64,000 bases of DNA from an uncultured delta proteobacterium. GTDB taxonomy: Bacteria; Myxococcota; B64-G9. Shown here piece after piece: positions 21,442 through 31,851 of the stretch. The DNA lies in contig CAVWHX010000004.1 in the NCBI GenBank assembly GCA_963754925.1, positions 1,152,001 through 1,216,000 on the forward strand. The letters run 5' to 3'. Under the pieces are notes generated by a model. The model did not search any database. It was not told the origin of the DNA and saw only the letters and a list, made by a program, of their open reading frames with translations. How positions within the stretch are numbered: position 1 is the first letter of the stretch; each line of letters starts with the position of its first letter. A program made the position numbers and the translations under genes.

Positions 21442-21701
21442 TACACCTCAAGTCCCCCATGGGGTCTTTTGGGGACCCATGAGCCACTACCTATCCTCGG
21501 CATGAATTTACGGTATTTTTGTCCGATGTTCAAGTAAGATACGGACACGTTGGATTAACCATTCGGATCAACGGAGAGATAGCCAAGAAGGAGAAAGCGG
21601 TGAGCGTATTGCCGATACGAAAGTTGCTGATTGCCCTCCGATACCTGGTGATTGGGGTGGCACATCCATGCTATGGTGAACCATCACGGAGCGTATGACT
21701 C

Positions 21702-22964
21702 ATGGATATTCGACAGGATGTGCTGAATCGATTTTTACGGTATGTGCGGATTGACACCCAATCCCAAGAGGGAGTTGAGGATCGGTATCCCTCCACCGAC
21801 AAACAATTAGTCCTCGCCCGGTTGCTTTTTGACGAACTCAAGGAGATTGGATTAGAGGAGGTCAAACTCGATTCATTCGGCATCGTGAGCGCGACCCTGC
21901 CGGCCGCTACCCCGCCCGGCGTCAAGACCGCAACGAAGATGCCAACCATCGGGTTGCTTGCCCACCTCGATACCTATCCGGGGTTGAGCGGCTCGGGGGT
22001 CAAGCCGATCGTCCACCAGTCGTATCAAGGCGGGGATATCAGGCTGCCGAGTGACGGAAATCTTGTCCTCAGTCCTCGCGACAACCCCGAGCTGATGCAG
22101 TTCGTCGGTGACGACATCGTCACGTCGGATGGATCCACCCTCTTGGGCGCCGATGACAAGGCCGGTGTTGCCGAGATTGTGGCCTTCATGAAGTTACTGA
22201 AGTCGGATCGCAGCATCCCCCATCCGCGCATCCGCGTCGGGTTCACCCCCGATGAAGAGGTTGGCAACGGCACTGCGCACTTTGACGTCAAAGCCTTTGG
22301 AGCCGACGTGGCGTACACCCAGGACGGCAGCGGCGTGGCCGAGATCGAGGACGAGACCTTTTGCGCCGACTCGGTCACGGTTTCTATCCGCGGCGCCGAT
22401 ATGCATCCTGGCTACGCCAAGGGTAAGATGATCAACGCCGTCTCGTTTGCCGCCGCGTTTGCCTCGCGTTTGCCGAAAGACCAATCCCCGGAGGCTACGA
22501 CGGGACGGGACGGGTACCTCCACGGCTATCAGATCCACGGCACCGTCAGTGATGCGCACCTTGCAATATTGGTGCGCGATTTTTCTCTTGAGGGGCTCAA
22601 GCGTCTGGAAGAGAAGCTCTTTGCCATCCGCGATGACCTACAACGACTTGAGCCGCGCGTTTCAATCAACGTGGACGTCAAGGAGTCTTACCGAAACATG
22701 AAATTCATGTTAGACAAGGTGCCGCTCGTGGTCGATTATGCGTGCGAGGCGGTGTCCGCGGTCGGATTGACCGCCCAGCGCAAGGCCATTCGCGGCGGGA
22801 CCGACGGGGCGCGATTGTCGTTTATGGACCTCCCAACGCCGAACCTCTCGGCTGGCGGCTATAACTTTCACTCGCGCCTTGAGTGGGTTCCGGTCGGGGG
22901 AATGGTCAAGGCCGTCGAAGTGTTGCGGGCGTTGATGAGAATTTACGTGGAGCGAGGAATATGA
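21702..22964 (+). CDS. pepT: Peptidase T (M20B tripeptide aminopeptidase)
   Basis: RFLRYVRIDTQS, AHLDT, LGADDKAG, FTPDEE, HPGYAKGKMINA, IRGGTDG, NFHS. Confidence 0.95.
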   Translation: MDIRQDVLNRFLRYVRIDTQSQEGVEDRYPSTDKQLVLARLLFDELKEIGLEEVKLDSFGIVSATLPAATPPGVKTATKMPTIGLLAHLDTYPGLSGSGVKPIVHQSYQGGDIRLPSDGNLVLSPRDNPELMQFVGDDIVTSDGSTLLGADDKAGVAEIVAFMKLLKSDRSIPHPRIRVGFTPDEEVGNGTAHFDVKAFGADVAYTQDGSGVAEIEDETFCADSVTVSIRGADMHPGYAKGKMINAVSFAAAFASRLPKDQSPEATTGRDGYLHGYQIHGTVSDAHLAILVRDFSLEGLKRLEEKLFAIRDDLQRLEPRVSINVDVKESYRNMKFMLDKVPLVVDYACEAVSAVGLTAQRKAIRGGTDGARLSFMDLPTPNLSAGGYNFHSRLEWVPVGGMVKAVEVLRALMRIYVERGI

Positions 22965-24807
22965 TGGATGGTAAACGTGGAAGCATCGATGATTTTCTGG
23001 CCGCCGTACTTCGGGGAGCGGCCAAGATCATCGGCTGCAACTCCACTAACCTCATTGTGATCAATGAGAAGACGGGCGATATCCGGGTCCGGGTGGTTAC
23101 CCCGGCGATGAGCTACCCTATTCTGGCGCAACTCGAGGGCATTCTCGGCGCAAGTTTTACCGGCATTTCGATTCCGATTCAGAAGGCGCGCAATAGCCTC
23201 GTGGTGCGCGCGTGGCGAGAGAACGGAATTTACCAAACGAGCTCCTTGGGTGAAATGTTGGGCGACACGCTCCCCGAAGAGATGATTGGATCGATCGAGC
23301 GGCTGATCGGCGAGCACCGCTTCATCATCGTGCCGGCCCTCTCAAATAGGCGCAGCTACGGCGTGTTGTTGCTTGAAAAAGAAGGCACGCAGCCTTTTAG
23401 CCTTCAGCAGCGCGAGCTCTCACTGCGCTATGCCCGGCGTATCGGGGAAATAATCGAAAATGATCTGATGGGCCAAGGCCACCTGGCTATCGCCATGCCG
23501 CCATCCGAAAATATTGGGTTGGTGCTGTTCGATAGCAACGGCGGGATACTTGGCCACTCGATGGGTTCGGCCGCTGCAGACGCCATACCGCCTGACTTGG
23601 TTAAGCGGGCGGTGGCGTTTCTTTCCGACACCGGTCTGCAAACACCTGCCTCGGGTGAAATGTCCATACGGGGAGAACGTAGTGCGCGGTTGTTTCGATT
23701 CGATCTCAACGGCCAGCCAACCGCGCTCTGTCAAATACAGCCTCAATCTCATACGGACTCGCTTGAAAATCAGCTGCTACAACTCGCATTGGGCGCTGCG
23801 GCGCCGACGGTTTTAGTTGACCCCTCGTTTCTCATTACCTCATGCAATGCGGCTGCCGAGAACTTCTCGGCTACCCGGCGAACGAAATTGTCGGCCGACC
23901 GATCGACATTCTGTTTCGCAGTCCGGCCCAGATCCACGAGATTCTCAACCGGCAGTTGCTCGCCTCGGGCAACCCCCGGCTGGAAGAGCACGTGGTCATT
24001 CGCCGCCAAGACCAGTCGATCGCCGAGGCGCGGGTGGAAACGATGCTGCTGGCCGATGACCGCGGGCAGGTGGTTGGATTTTTAGTGCTCATCCACGCGT
24101 TCCTGGATACGCGCACCGCCACCCTCGAGCATGTGGTGCAGCAAGAACGTATGGCGACCATGGGCGAAATGGCGGCCCAATTAGCCCACGAGATGCGCAA
24201 CCCGCTCCTGGCGGTTGGCGCCAGCCTCGACTCCCTCTGCCGCGAAACGGGAGCCTCCCCACTTCGCGAACGGCTCAGAAGCCTTGGTCGCGAGATTACT
24301 CGGTTGGACATGATTTTGAAAAAGTATTTAGCCGCCCGTCAAGAGCATCCCTTTGCCGAAGTGCGGCTACACGAGGTGCTCGACGACGCACGGCTGCTTC
24401 TCGATGCGGCGTATAACAAGGCTGGCAAAAAAATAGTGGTGGATGTTGACCCGGCAGTGAGCGTTCTCGGCGACTATGAATCACTCAAACATTTAGTCTT
24501 CAATCTCATACTCAATGCCTTGGAGGCATCGCCGCCCAACAGTGCGGTGACCTGTCACGTTCAGGAGACTGACCGGGATGTAACCATGCTGTTTGACGAT
24601 CACGGTTCCGGCCTGACGGCGCCCGCCGAGGAATGTTTCAGACCGTTTTTTACCACGAAAAAGAACGGCACGGGGTTAGGCCTTGCCGTTTGTCAGAAGA
24701 TCGCCGCGGCCCATGGAGGGTTAGTCGATCTCCGCAATCGTGAGGGAGGTGGTTGCCAAGCGGTTGTGGTATTGCCGCGACGTCTCGATAAGGAAGCGAG
24801 CGTATGA
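22961..24807 (+). CDS. GAF/PAS sensor histidine kinase, split by a -1 indel near 23860
   Basis: GAF-like N-terminus, PAS region (ITSCNAAAE|LLGY), H-box AHEMRNPL, N-box NLILNA, PFFTTK, GTGLGL. ATGA overlap with pepT. Confidence 0.85.
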
Positions 24808-26192
24808 GCCAGGATTTTCACGTTTTAATAGTGGATGATGAAGAACTGTATGCCCAGGCGATAGCCAGCGAGCTTACGCGGCTCGGGATAACCAGTGATC
24901 TTGCGAGCAATGGTCATGAAGCCCTGTCGCGGACGGAAAGCGGACGTTACCATTTGATTTTGCTCGACCACCGTTTGCCGGACGAGGATGGGTTGCGGCT
25001 TATTCCACTGCTGCTCGCGCGACAACCCAAAGCCGCCTTGGTGATGATGACCGCGTACCACGCTATCCCCGACGCCGTCACGGCCATACGCCAGGGGGCG
25101 GATGACTACCTGGTCAAGGAATTTAGCCTCAAGCCGCTGGTCGATCGCGTGGTGGCCGTACGCCGCCGCGAAGAACTGTTCCGCGAGCACAACAACAAGT
25201 CCGAGCCGGCCGCAGAAGGATTAATCGGGACCTCGGCGGGCATGCTGAAGGTGATCGAAGAGCTCCAGCGCATCGCTCGCAGCCCCGACACCACCGTACT
25301 GCTCACCGGCGAAACCGGCGTCGGGAAGGGTGTCGCCGCACGCTACCTGCATCGGATTTCGCGAGCGGAACGCGGCCCCTTGGTAACCGTCGATTGTGTC
25401 TCGCTGCCGGCCAATTTGGCGGAGAGCCTTTTGTTTGGCCATGAGAAAGGGGCTTTTACCGGCGCCGATCAGGTTCGCCTCGGCGCGTTTGAGGAGGCCG
25501 GCGAAGGCAGTCTGCTGCTCGATGAGATCGGCGACATGGGCGACGTCCAGGGTAAGTTGTTACGGGTGCTCGAAAGCCGCTGTTTTGTGCGCGTTGGCTC
25601 GATCAAGGAACTGCCATTGAAAGCCCGCGTCATCGCCTCCACCAACCAGGACCTCAAGGAGTTGGTCAAAATTGGCCGCTTTCGTCACGATTTGTATCAG
25701 CGCTTGTGCGTCTTTCCCATTCACCTCCCGGCGCTGCTCGAGCGGGGAAAAGATGTTTTGCTGTTGGCCGAGCATTTCCGCGAATTCTTCGAAAAGAAAC
25801 TCGAGATCGTAGGCCAGCCGCTCTCGGAGGAGGTGCGCGCCCGCCTTCTGGCGTACTCGTATCCGGGGAACGTGCGCGAATTGAAGAATATCATTGAGCG
25901 CGCGGTGATTATGAGCGAGGGCAGCCGGATCGAGCTGCGCCACCTGCCGGAACGAATGTTCCAAACGGAAACCATGCGGGTCTCCAATCCCAGCGCTATC
26001 CCGATTGATTTCACGCCCGGAATTGACACCATGCAAACGGTAGAAAAACGGATGATCCAGGAAGCGCTCGCCCGCGCCGGTCAGATTAAAACCGAGGCCG
26101 CCCGCCTCCTGGGCATCAGTCGCTTCCAACTGCTGCGCCGCATGGAACGACACGGCTTAATTGCCAACGATTCATCCGACGAGAAAGAATAA
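24804..26192 (+). CDS. Sigma54-dependent response regulator (NtrC family)
   Basis: Receiver domain (LIVDDE, LLD), GETGVGK, LFGHEKGAFTGA, PGNVRELKN, Fis-type HTH. Confidence 0.95.
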   Translation: MSQDFHVLIVDDEELYAQAIASELTRLGITSDLASNGHEALSRTESGRYHLILLDHRLPDEDGLRLIPLLLARQPKAALVMMTAYHAIPDAVTAIRQGADDYLVKEFSLKPLVDRVVAVRRREELFREHNNKSEPAAEGLIGTSAGMLKVIEELQRIARSPDTTVLLTGETGVGKGVAARYLHRISRAERGPLVTVDCVSLPANLAESLLFGHEKGAFTGADQVRLGAFEEAGEGSLLLDEIGDMGDVQGKLLRVLESRCFVRVGSIKELPLKARVIASTNQDLKELVKIGRFRHDLYQRLCVFPIHLPALLERGKDVLLLAEHFREFFEKKLEIVGQPLSEEVRARLLAYSYPGNVRELKNIIERAVIMSEGSRIELRHLPERMFQTETMRVSNPSAIPIDFTPGIDTMQTVEKRMIQEALARAGQIKTEAARLLGISRFQLLRRMERHGLIANDSSDEKE

Positions 26193-26212
26193 GTTTCAGG
26201 ACGCGGAAAAGC

Positions 26213-26629
26213 TCACCCAAGACCGAGCGCTTTTTTCAGGAGCTCAAGTTCCTTGAAGTAGGCTTTCTGTTCATACGGTTGATTGAGGATATAGTAATCT
26301 TTTTCGGCAAGCCCGACGCATCCGAAGCAGAACGTACAATCGGTGCAATTCGAGCTATGGATCAGGTAGGAGCACCCGCTGCAGTTTTCGCTCTCAATGC
26401 AATAGGCGCAATGGTTGCAGGACCGGCAATTTTTCGAATGGCTGGTGTGAGAGCATTCTTGGCAGGAAGCGGAGTACGTGCAACGGTAGCAACCCCGGCA
26501 ATCGTTACAAAACATGCACGAAACGCAGTGGCCGCAGCGTTGGCACCCATAGGAGCCGGCATTCGCTGTCGACTCGGTTACCTCTTTCCTCAGTTGATTG
26601 AGCCCTCGAAAGAATTCTTCCTTGTTCAT
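26213..26629 (-). CDS. Small Cys-rich protein with CxxCxxC periodicity
   Basis: 20 Cys, mostly three residues apart, ending CFGCVGL. RBS AAGGAG precedes the ATG at 26629. Confidence 0.75.
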   Translation of the reverse strand: MNKEEFFRGLNQLRKEVTESTANAGSYGCQRCGHCVSCMFCNDCRGCYRCTYSASCQECSHTSHSKNCRSCNHCAYCIESENCSGCSYLIHSSNCTDCTFCFGCVGLAEKDYYILNQPYEQKAYFKELELLKKALGLG

Positions 26630-26724
26630 GACGGCTTGCTCCTTGGTTGTCCGCACAGCCCTATTGGAGTTCTGGAGAACTTAACCCTCATTATCGACTA
26701 ATACTTAATCCTGATAAAGAATTC

Positions 26725-26753
26725 TTGACGTTATCGTATATCTACGATATACG
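26725..26753 (+). promoter_or_regulatory. Promoter and probable ArsR operator for arsR-hgcAB
   Basis: TTGACG (26725-26730) followed by perfect inverted repeat TATCGTA-N4-TACGATA (26732-26749), just upstream of the arsR RBS. The -10 match (TATACG) is weak. Confidence 0.7.
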
Positions 26754-26761
26754 AGGAAAGA

Positions 26762-27097
26762 ATGGCTCATCATAAAAAGGAAAAGTTCACGACCGAGCTT
26801 AATCGATTGGCGGAATTGGCAAAAGCGCTCTCACATCCGGCACGTATCGCGATTTTAGCGCAGCTTGCAAAAAGAAACACCTGTATTTGCGGGGAAATTG
26901 TCGATGTTATTCCTCTGGCTCAGTCAACCGTTTCGCAGCATTTGAAAGAGCTCAAAAAGGCCGGGCTCATCAAAGGGGAAATAGACGGGCCCCGGTCGTG
27001 TTATTGCATCAACCTCGAAATTCTCAACGAGCTAAAGGGTAGTTTCATGGATCTCATGGGCGAGCTCTCGGTCGATTGCTGCCCGCCTCAGCGGTAG
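26762..27097 (+). CDS. arsR: ArsR/SmtB-family transcriptional regulator
   Basis: [32 protein letters not shown], and a C-terminal CC pair. Confidence 0.9.
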   Translation: MAHHKKEKFTTELNRLAELAKALSHPARIAILAQLAKRNTCICGEIVDVIPLAQSTVSQHLKELKKAGLIKGEIDGPRSCYCINLEILNELKGSFMDLMGELSVDCCPPQR

Positions 27098-27106
27098 AGG
27101 AATCCC

Positions 27107-28267
27107 ATGGATCAAACGAACAAAGAAGCCATCCATACCCAACTCAAACTTAATACGGCAAAACCCGGGTGCGGATGCTCTGGTTCGATTGAACGCACAT
27201 CGGTACATCCGAAAAACCTTCCCCACTGGGTTAGCGGCAGCGTTAGCACGAGCGTCGGTACGATCTACCGTATCGCTACCGAATGGAAACGGCCTGAGTA
27301 TTGGGGACACCTCAAATCCCGCACCACGGCTTTTCGGATGCATTACTCGGTGGAACCAGGTCTCTACGCTGTGGGGAACCCGGACAGCGCTTCCAATGTT
27401 TTCGTGAGCGCAAATTATAAATTGAGCTTCGATATCTTGAGACGAGAACTCCATGGAATCAACGCTTGGGTGCTGGTGCTGGATACCAAGGGCATCAATG
27501 TATGGTGTGCGGCGGGCAAAGGCACCTTCGGTACGGATGAGCTTGTCAAGCGCATCATCAAGACTAAGCTCTCGGCGCTTGTGGATCATAAAAGAATCAT
27601 TGTCCCCCAACTCGGCGCTCCGGGAATAGCGGCAGACCGCGTCAAGAGGACAACCGGGTTTCACGTCTATTATGGTCCAATCAGGGCAGCCGATATTCAA
27701 CGCTACTTAAAACAAAAATATCAGGCGACGCCAGAAATGCGAACGGTACGATTTTCTCTAGGGGATAGGCTGATATTGACTCCTATAGAGCTCAATCCAG
27801 CATTTAAAATATTCCCCGTGTTCGCGGTAATTGTTTTATTTCTATTTGGGCTTCAACCTTCCGGAATTATGTTCAGAGACGCATGGAACGGAGGGTTGCC
27901 GATTCTGATCTTTGGAGTTCTCGCCATTATTTCGGGAGCTTTTCTCACGCAATTGTTATTGCCCTACATACCCGTTCGCTCTTTTGCCATCAAGGGATGG
28001 ATGGTGGGAATGGTGGTTATGTTCCTTTCGTCACAATTCATCGGCCTTCTCAACATCCATGGTATTTTTCTTAAGATCTTCTGTTATCTCTTTTTTCCGA
28101 TAGTTTCTTCGTTCCTTGCGTTGAATTTCACCGGCGCCACCACCTTTACCAACCTGTCCGGAGTGAAAAAGGAACTGAGAATCGGGATTCCCGTGTATCT
28201 ATCCATCACCGCGGTAACCATTGTTGCAATGATATTGTATAAAATCAACGAATGGGGTCTCGTATGA
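27107..28267 (+). CDS. hgcA: Mercury methylation corrinoid protein HgcA
   Basis: Cap-helix motif NVWCAAGK, VEPGLY, ANYKLSFD, PQLGAPG, C-terminal TM helices with LNFTGATTFT. Confidence 0.97.
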   Translation: MDQTNKEAIHTQLKLNTAKPGCGCSGSIERTSVHPKNLPHWVSGSVSTSVGTIYRIATEWKRPEYWGHLKSRTTAFRMHYSVEPGLYAVGNPDSASNVFVSANYKLSFDILRRELHGINAWVLVLDTKGINVWCAAGKGTFGTDELVKRIIKTKLSALVDHKRIIVPQLGAPGIAADRVKRTTGFHVYYGPIRAADIQRYLKQKYQATPEMRTVRFSLGDRLILTPIELNPAFKIFPVFAVIVLFLFGLQPSGIMFRDAWNGGLPILIFGVLAIISGAFLTQLLLPYIPVRSFAIKGWMVGMVVMFLSSQFIGLLNIHGIFLKIFCYLFFPIVSSFLALNFTGATTFTNLSGVKKELRIGIPVYLSITAVTIVAMILYKINEWGLV

Positions 28268-28554
28268 TCTACCTTAAAAATGTGTCCACGCTCAAATATA
28301 ACGCCGATCAATGTACCGGATGTGGCCGCTGTACTGAAGTTTGTCCGCATGGTGTCTTTACCCTCGAAGACAAAAAGGCCGTTCTTGGCGATAAAGACAA
28401 ATGTATGGAATGCGGGGCGTGTGCCAAAAACTGCAGTTTTCATGCAATAGAAGTGAATTCCGGCGTGGGTTGCGCCAATGCCGTCATGCGTGGGTTGTTA
28501 ACCGGGGGTGAACCTTCCTGCGATTGTAGTGGACCAGCTTCTTCGTGTTGTTAA
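28264..28554 (+). CDS. hgcB: Mercury methylation ferredoxin HgcB
   Basis: CTGCGRCTEVCP and CMECGACAKNC, GVGCA, terminal CC. ATGA overlap with hgcA. Confidence 0.97.
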   Translation: MIYLKNVSTLKYNADQCTGCGRCTEVCPHGVFTLEDKKAVLGDKDKCMECGACAKNCSFHAIEVNSGVGCANAVMRGLLTGGEPSCDCSGPASSCC

Positions 28555-28819
28555 TATTTTTATACTTCCTGTCTCAACCGAACTATTTCCAACTGCCCTT
28601 GAATTCGAAGGTGATAATAATACCAGCCGATGGGGAGTAGTTCTTCGATAAGTTTGATTGTTTCTTTGCGTTCATTTTCGCACGAGCGTTCGCTTTTACA
28701 CATATTTTTATAAAAAAACTTGTTTAACATCGGATTTGAGCGATACAGCGACCTCTGCATTTGTAATCTTTTGAATCACAAACAGAAGTAGGTGCGGCGT
28801 CTGTTGATTTTCTTGCGAA

Positions 28820-28854
28820 TGGCGTGAATCTTGCTTAATTGAATCTTGCTTAAT
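28820..28854 (+). promoter_or_regulatory. Sigma54 (-24/-12) promoter with a 15-bp tandem duplication
   Basis: TGGCGTGAATCTTGCT (GG-N10-GC, 28820-28835). TGAATCTTGCTTAAT occurs twice (28825-28839, 28840-28854). Confidence 0.55.
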
Positions 28855-28945
28855 AAAGATCTGTGTGTTTTGGATTGAAATTGTTTTATGGGGCACGGGA
28901 AGATAACCTTATAATCTTTTATTTTTGACAGGATTGTGATCCCGC

Positions 28946-31834
28946 ATGGAAGCATTATCAAAACTGATCACCAACCGCGCCGTGGCGTGGACAATTGTAT
29001 TATTGGTTGCCATCATCTCTATTATCGGAATCGGTAGCGCGCTGGGGGTGCAAAACGACGATAACCTTCTCGCCTTTCTGCCCAAAGACAATCCAGAGGT
29101 AAAAACGTTTTACGATATCAATACTCGTTTCGGTGGATTAGAAGTAGCGCTGGTTGGCATCGAAAGCGATGCTATTTTTTCCACTGAATTTCTCGAACAC
29201 CTCCAACAGGCTACAAAGAACTTAAGGGAAACCCAAGGGATAAACTATGTATTGAGTCTGACCAACGTTGCCGATTTCACGGTCGATGAAGTTAACGGCG
29301 GCATCATCACCGCCTCGCTGGTGGATACCGTTCCAACGACACAAAAAGGGTTGTCGGAATTACGAGAGAAGGTTTTTGCCCGGGAGCAGGTGGTCGGCAA
29401 TTTAATCTCAGCTGATGCCAAGGCCGTATTGATCTATTGCTTTCTCGCGTATGGCACCGATCCGCGGGCTATTTCCGCTCAGATCCGATCGGTGGTGACG
29501 GCCTCTTTTCCCGATAAGCAGATATATTGGGGCGGGAATCCGTTTATTTCCTCCTATGTGTATGACACCGTTCAAAAGGATCTGCGGCGCCTCTCCCCCT
29601 GGGCGGTGATAGTCATAATTCTGCTGATGATTCTCTCGCTCAAAAACGTGATCGGAACGCTTTTGGCATTGCTATCAACCGGCTTGGCTATCGGCATTAC
29701 CGTGGGTTTGATGGCGGCGTTCGGGGTAAAGCTCAACCTCATGCTCGGTTCGATGCCGATTGTCTTGTTCGCCGTCGGCTGCGCCTACTCGATCCATTTC
29801 CTCATGCGTTACTTTGATTGGCGCAAGAACCTCGATTGCGAGACAGCGCTCATACGAACGGTGTCCGGTATTGGTCCGGTGGTGTTGGCCGCCGGCGTAA
29901 CCTCGGCTGCGGCCATCATGTCGTTTATCGTTATGGATATTAAGCCAATCCAAGAGTTTGGCCTGTTTTTGGGTATCGGCATCTTAATCGCCATGGTGTT
30001 AGCGCTCACGTTTGTTCCAGCGGTCATCCGGCTCTGTAATCTCAATCACAAGGTGAGCGAACATACTGCCTGGCCCCGACGCCTGATGGTGCGGTTAGCG
30101 CTTTTCTCGCAATCGTATCGTTTGCCCGTGGGCGTAGCGTTGGTGCTGGTGACGGTGGTGTGCGGCGTGTTGATTACTCGCATCAAGACCGATGTCGATC
30201 AGCGATCGTTTTTCGCCGCTGGCAGCCCGCCCGACCAGGCGGACAAGTTTTTGCGCGATCATTTTAAAGCCGCCCAGTTCATCCAACTTCTGGTCAACGG
30301 CGATATGAGCGACCCCGCGGTGCTGCGCGAGATGCAAAGCCTCGCCGATCGGCTCGAACGGGTTCCGCATATTTCGGGCGCCCAGCACATAGGCCAGGTA
30401 ATCGCGAAGATCAACGAGGCGATGACCGGGCAGAAGCGAATCCCCGACACCCGAGAGCAGATCAACAATCTCGTTATGTTCCTTGCCGGCGATCCGGCGG
30501 TGGGCCAGCTGGTGACCGAGGATCGTAAACAGGCGCTGATTCAGATTAAAGTTGATAGCTCCCAAGGCGCCAATATCGCCGTGGTTCTGGCGGCTATCCA
30601 GCAATTAGTCGACGCTGAACACCTCGATCGATATGAGGTGGCCACCGTCGACGGCCCGCGCGCGAACGAGGTGCGCGCTCGCAAACTTGACGAGCTCATC
30701 GGGCGCCTGCAAACGCTGGCCCGTTCCGCCGAAGTGTCCTTGCCGGCCGATAGCCGAAGCAAAGTACAGACATTTTTGGCCAGTGACACGCAAGTTGTCG
30801 ATCCTCAACAGGTGGCGGTTGAGATAGAACGCTATCTGCGCTCGAGCGAAAGCCCGCTCGACGTGTCGACGCATCAAAAAAGCGGCGATTCAATGGGTGT
30901 CCTCGCGCACGTACTGGCGAAATTGGGCGAGCGACCTGCTCTGGTGGACCTGCGATCTGCTCTCGCTACGGCATTTGGCCGTTCACCAAACGACCACATG
31001 GTCGCCGATTGGAGTACAGCGCTTCTGGCGCCGCTTCAGGAAATATGGGTTCGCCTGCGCGCCTCGGAACGCGCTCAAAAATTGATTGGCATCCTTGGGC
31101 TTAACCCACCGTCAACGGGCAAATCTGCAACCGTCCTTAATAACGATGTCGCCATGGTGCTTATGGAAGCAGACTATCCGGCCACGTTGCTGCCGGCGGG
31201 AGTCGGAACCGCAGCCTCGTCCTTGAGCATGCAGGTCAGTGGGTTGCCGGTGCTTCATCGGGGGCTGGCTCAAAGCGTTCATCGCAATCAACTCCGAAGC
31301 CTTCTCGTCGCTCTCGTCCTGGTAGTGGTGATACTGTCAATGATGTTCAGGTCGGCTAAAACCGGCATAATGGCGGCGACGCCAACGCTGTTTGCCCTCA
31401 TCGTCATCCACGGCGCTATGGGTTGGCTTCAGATTTCCCTCGACATCGGAACCTCGCTTTTGGGCAGCCTGATTTTGGCCAACAGTGTTGACTACGCCGT
31501 GCATCTCATAGCCTCATGGCGTTCCCCGGAGAACGAAAGCCTGCGACATGCCGCGGCCTATGCTGCCGATCAGTCGGGTCCGGCGATCTGGACCACCGCT
31601 GCCACAATGTTTGTCGGTTTCTTCGTGCTCGCCCTGGGAGAAGCCAAGCCGCTACAGAATGTGGCCAGCTTGAAAGCCACCGCCATGCTCGTGAGCGCGC
31701 TGGCCACCTTTTTAGTAGTTCCGGTTCTCGCGCGAAAGCGTCGGTATCAAATATTGAACGACAGTTATCAGGCGACCGAGCCATCTGCGGCCGTTGAGGC
31801 CGAACTTATACAAAGCACAACCAATAACCGATAG
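28946..31834 (+). CDS. MMPL/RND-family lipid transporter
   Basis: Duplicated 1+5 TM layout with large periplasmic loops; 'AYSIHFL' and 'VDYAVHLI' motifs. Confidence 0.88.
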   Translation: MEALSKLITNRAVAWTIVLLVAIISIIGIGSALGVQNDDNLLAFLPKDNPEVKTFYDINTRFGGLEVALVGIESDAIFSTEFLEHLQQATKNLRETQGINYVLSLTNVADFTVDEVNGGIITASLVDTVPTTQKGLSELREKVFAREQVVGNLISADAKAVLIYCFLAYGTDPRAISAQIRSVVTASFPDKQIYWGGNPFISSYVYDTVQKDLRRLSPWAVIVIILLMILSLKNVIGTLLALLSTGLAIGITVGLMAAFGVKLNLMLGSMPIVLFAVGCAYSIHFLMRYFDWRKNLDCETALIRTVSGIGPVVLAAGVTSAAAIMSFIVMDIKPIQEFGLFLGIGILIAMVLALTFVPAVIRLCNLNHKVSEHTAWPRRLMVRLALFSQSYRLPVGVALVLVTVVCGVLITRIKTDVDQRSFFAAGSPPDQADKFLRDHFKAAQFIQLLVNGDMSDPAVLREMQSLADRLERVPHISGAQHIGQVIAKINEAMTGQKRIPDTREQINNLVMFLAGDPAVGQLVTEDRKQALIQIKVDSSQGANIAVVLAAIQQLVDAEHLDRYEVATVDGPRANEVRARKLDELIGRLQTLARSAEVSLPADSRSKVQTFLASDTQVVDPQQVAVEIERYLRSSESPLDVSTHQKSGDSMGVLAHVLAKLGERPALVDLRSALATAFGRSPNDHMVADWSTALLAPLQEIWVRLRASERAQKLIGILGLNPPSTGKSATVLNNDVAMVLMEADYPATLLPAGVGTAASSLSMQVSGLPVLHRGLAQSVHRNQLRSLLVALVLVVVILSMMFRSAKTGIMAATPTLFALIVIHGAMGWLQISLDIGTSLLGSLILANSVDYAVHLIASWRSPENESLRHAAAYAADQSGPAIWTTAATMFVGFFVLALGEAKPLQNVASLKATAMLVSALATFLVVPVLARKRRYQILNDSYQATEPSAAVEAELIQSTTNNR

Positions 31835-31851
31835 AAGAGTTGAGGTTATCC

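Noticed and set aside
21452..21481. Alternative hairpins upstream of the GT2 fusion as a riboswitch
   Set aside because: Short G/C-run pairings with no recognisable aptamer.
27490..27530. Selenocysteine-type HgcA
   Set aside because: The cap-helix residue is encoded by TGT (Cys); there is no in-frame TGA.
28560..28961. Small minus-strand ORFs between hgcB and the MMPL gene
   Set aside because: Short, AT-rich, motif-free and overlapping a probable promoter region.
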